Source of the DNA: Salpingoeca rosetta
Taxonomy: Eukaryota; Protista; Choanoflagellata
DNA length: 64,000 bases
Direction: 5' to 3'
NCBI GenBank assembly: GCA_033442325.1
Contig: JAWQFM010000011.1
Location: 1,318,201-1,382,200, forward strand
This document shows positions 61,079-64,000 of this stretch, one piece after another. Both the position numbers and the translations under genes were made by a program. The notes under the pieces were generated by a model, which saw nothing but the letters and a program-made list of their open reading frames with translations, had not been told where the DNA came from and ran no database searches. Within the stretch, counting starts at the first letter, position 1. Every line of letters starts with the position of its first letter.

Positions 61079-61478
61079 TGTGTGTCTGTGTGTCTGTGTG
61101 TCTGTGTGTCCTCGCACTTACTATGGTTCAATGTCACGTCACAATTTCCCGTCCCTCCTGGCTGTCATTTATTGTGCAGTGCACTGTATGGGCAGCCGCT
61201 CGATGCAACGTTCATCAACGGTGAACCCCACCCGGCAGTCGTGGTCAGTACGCATGCACGCACTCGCTCGCCACGCCACCCTCTCGCTGATGCGTTGACG
61301 CGCAGCCGGTGCCACCTGCCCATGCACGCGTGTATTGATGTCCCATATCGTTCACACATGCACACACACACATTCATCGCGGCCTTTGGTGTGACCATGC
61401 TGTGCTCAGGCAATGTTGCAAGTGCTCTACTTCCGCGGTCCACAAACCATGGGCGTCTTCAGGCGAAACGCGCACGCA

Positions 61479-61519
<41 letters not shown>

Positions 61520-63122
61520 GTGAATGGATTTGTGTGCGTGCGTGCGTGTGTGTGTGTCTGTCTGTCTGTCTGTCTGTCTGTCAGTGTGTGTGTGTGTGTG
61601 TTTCTGACTGCCACTCCGAACCCAACCCCTCCAACTCATCAGCATCGCACATCAGCAATGAAAGTCGCACACCAACGCTCTTCTGACCTCGAGTTGCTCC
61701 CACCTGTGCATTGCATGTGCAGGCTGGTCAAGAACGTCCGTGAGAGCCTTGACAAGGGCGATGAGGTGAACGTTGCTGAGCTACCGCTTCTTGTCGTCGC
61801 GAGCGCCTTCAAGGAGTATCTCCGCTCCCTTCCAAACTGCCTCATCATGCCCGCCCTCTACGATGGTCAGTCTTTCGTTTGTTTGTCTGTTTGACTTGTT
61901 TGTTTGTGTTGTGTGTGCGCATGCGTGTGCACGTGTATCGCCTTGTTTTTGCTTCCATTTGGTTCCCTTTCCTGTTTTCTTTTCCCTGAGTTGCTTGTGT
62001 TGTTTCACGAGTGTCGTGCACTTCCTCACCTTCCCCCATCACCACCACCACCACCACCACCACCACCACCACCACCACCACCACCACCACCACCACCACC
62101 ACCACTACTACACACACACACACACGTTTTCCATGGCGCATGTGACGCCGCTGCCAGGTCTGCGCCACGCGCTGACGCATGAGGACGTTGACCGGTGCGC
62201 GTCTGAGCTGCACACCGTGCTTGCAAGCAACTTGACGGATCACCACATGTATCTGCTGCGTGCCGTCATTGGCATGCTCGCCAAAGTCGCGCAAAACTCG
62301 GAACACAACCAAATGACATGTAAGTGCAGCTGCTTGGCCGTTCTGCACTCGCCCTGCGTATTTATGTGTGCGTCTTTGTGCGTATTTATGTGTGCGTCTT
62401 TGTGCGTATGTATGTATTTTTGTATGTATGTATGTATGTTTGTATGTATGTTATGTATGTATGTATGTATGTATGTATGTATGTATGTATGTATGTATGT
62501 ATGTATGTATGTATGTATGTATGTGTGTGTACATGATGGCACCTGGAAGCGTGATTGCTTGCGGGGCGCGCGCATATGTGCTGTGCTTTCGACCAAGCAA
62601 ACAAGACGCCATCTCATTTCATTCACGGCTCTACTCGCTCATGCTGCATGTTACGTGCTTGCCAGCCTCCAATTTGAGCGTGTGCATTGGCCCAAGCATG
62701 CTATGGCCGCGCCGTGCAGAGGACGTGCTGAAGAACGACGTGCCGCAGATCATCGAGGTAACATGATTCGATGCACAGCATCGGGTTACACTCTTCCGTG
62801 TTTCCTTTTTTCTACAGCCTCCACTCTCTCTGGCTTCCGCTGTCTTTATTTCTCTCCTTCCACACGCTTATGCACTCACACTCACATTCACACTCACACT
62901 CATACACTCACTCTCACTCTCGCACTCACACTCTCACTCTCACTCTCACACTTATGCATCCACGTACATATGCGTACCTCACTTGTCCCCACCCCTCTAC
63001 CCTTGCGCACGTGTTTGGGACAGTTTATGGTTGATCATCCGACCAAAGTGCTGGGGACGGTGGACCTGCCCATCTACGATGCGGCGCGAAAGCTGATGCT
63101 GTTTGGTGAGGAGAACGACGAG

Positions 63123-63153
<31 letters not shown>

Positions 63154-63677
63154 ACGAGGATGACGAGGATGACGATGATGATGTGCGCGGTATGGACGAC
63201 GACGACGATGATGATGATGATGAGGACGATGATGACTCGGGCAACCCGCTCCGCCCGAGCGACTACAGGGAGAGCCCCTTGCGTGCGGTTGACAGTGTTG
63301 ACGATCGGATGCGAGACCTGTCATACTCCGCATCAGAAACGCCGGGGCTGCCTTCAGGACATGGCGCGGTAAGCAGCTCCCGTCTTCGCAGCACTCAGAG
63401 CGAGTGCGGCACCGCATCCACGCGCGATGAGCCGCAGGACAGCCCGACCGAGAGCAAAGCGCACGCATTTCATGGTCAAGGCAGCAGCGATGGCGATGGC
63501 AGTGGTGATGGTGTTGGAGGCGACGAGCCAGCGCCCGTGGTGCCCGTGCGTCGGCGAAGGCGGGAGACAACAGAACCGTCGTCATCGAGCAGAGGAAGCG
63601 GCGTACACCCCAGCACCAGCGCGCCCTCAGCAACCATAGCCAGGGCCATTGAAACCGAGTTTAACATTGACATTTGA
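55897..63677 (+). CDS. ARHGAP20: DH(RhoGEF)-PH-RA-RhoGAP protein, ARHGAP20-like (the start may extend to an ATG at 55636 via an extra exon)
   Basis: DH-like motifs [25 protein letters not shown]|[43 protein letters not shown] resembles ARHGAP20. RA-like [25 protein letters not shown]. RhoGAP LYGQPL, GP.TMGVFRR (arginine finger), [15 protein letters not shown]|[14 protein letters not shown]. Acidic tail. Confidence 0.85.
58195..58402. repeat. (CACT)n tetranucleotide microsatellite, intronic
   Basis: Direct reading of the sequence. Similar simple repeats: (CAAA)n 53700-53880, (TATG)n 62420-62524, (TTTGTCAC)n 22747-22806, (CCCAT)n 47041-47085. Confidence 0.95.
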
Positions 63678-63707
63678 CCGCTGCTGCTGCTGCTGCTTGT
63701 CTTGTGC

Positions 63708-63774
<67 letters not shown>

Positions 63775-64000
63775 TATGTGTGTGTGTGTGAGTATGTGTG
63801 TGTGTGTGAATATGTCTGTCTGCTCGCCTGTTCTTCATGTACGAGAAACGAACTTGGTTTCTCTTGCTGCCGTCATGCCTTGTTGCGATGTTGCACATTA
63901 TCGGCCCTTCTTCAATTCCACCACGCACGTCACACGCGTGTTTTGTGTTTGTATCACCCATTGCTTGCGTGACGCCTCCGTTTTCTTTTCTCTTCTCCTG

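Overview
Intron-rich eukaryotic genomic DNA, GC-rich in exons, with (GT/CA)n microsatellites in nearly every intron and four N-gaps. The style and gene content (HYR/Cys-rich receptor tyrosine kinase, animal-like ciliary genes) suggest a choanoflagellate such as Salpingoeca rosetta; this is inference. Most ORF-track entries are microsatellite noise. Manual GT-AG splicing gives 12 protein-coding genes: trichoplein TCHP (-, runs off the left edge), nucleobindin (+), SDCCAG8-like (-), a C-type-lectin/Cys-repeat/HYR receptor tyrosine kinase (+), IFT54/TRAF3IP1 (-), a polyQ protein with a YAP/Yorkie-type TEAD-binding domain but no WW domain (+), a GH27 glycosidase (+), an HD-domain protein with a 2.4-kb uninterrupted ORF (-), a degenerate RimK-like ATP-grasp protein (-), p22phox/CYBA with a C-terminal WW domain (+), proteasome beta5 PSMB5 (-), and a DH-PH-RA-RhoGAP ARHGAP20-like protein (+). 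Ten of the genes form five head-to-head pairs. Main highlights: the WW-less YAP-like protein, whose Omega-loop lies on a 59-nt exon absent from the ORF track; the p22phox-WW fusion; a frame-preserving exon duplication in the RTK; three bacterial/plant-type enzymes; and 5'-(GT)n...(CA)n-3' polarity in many introns. All homology calls come from remembered sequences and motifs, not database searches.
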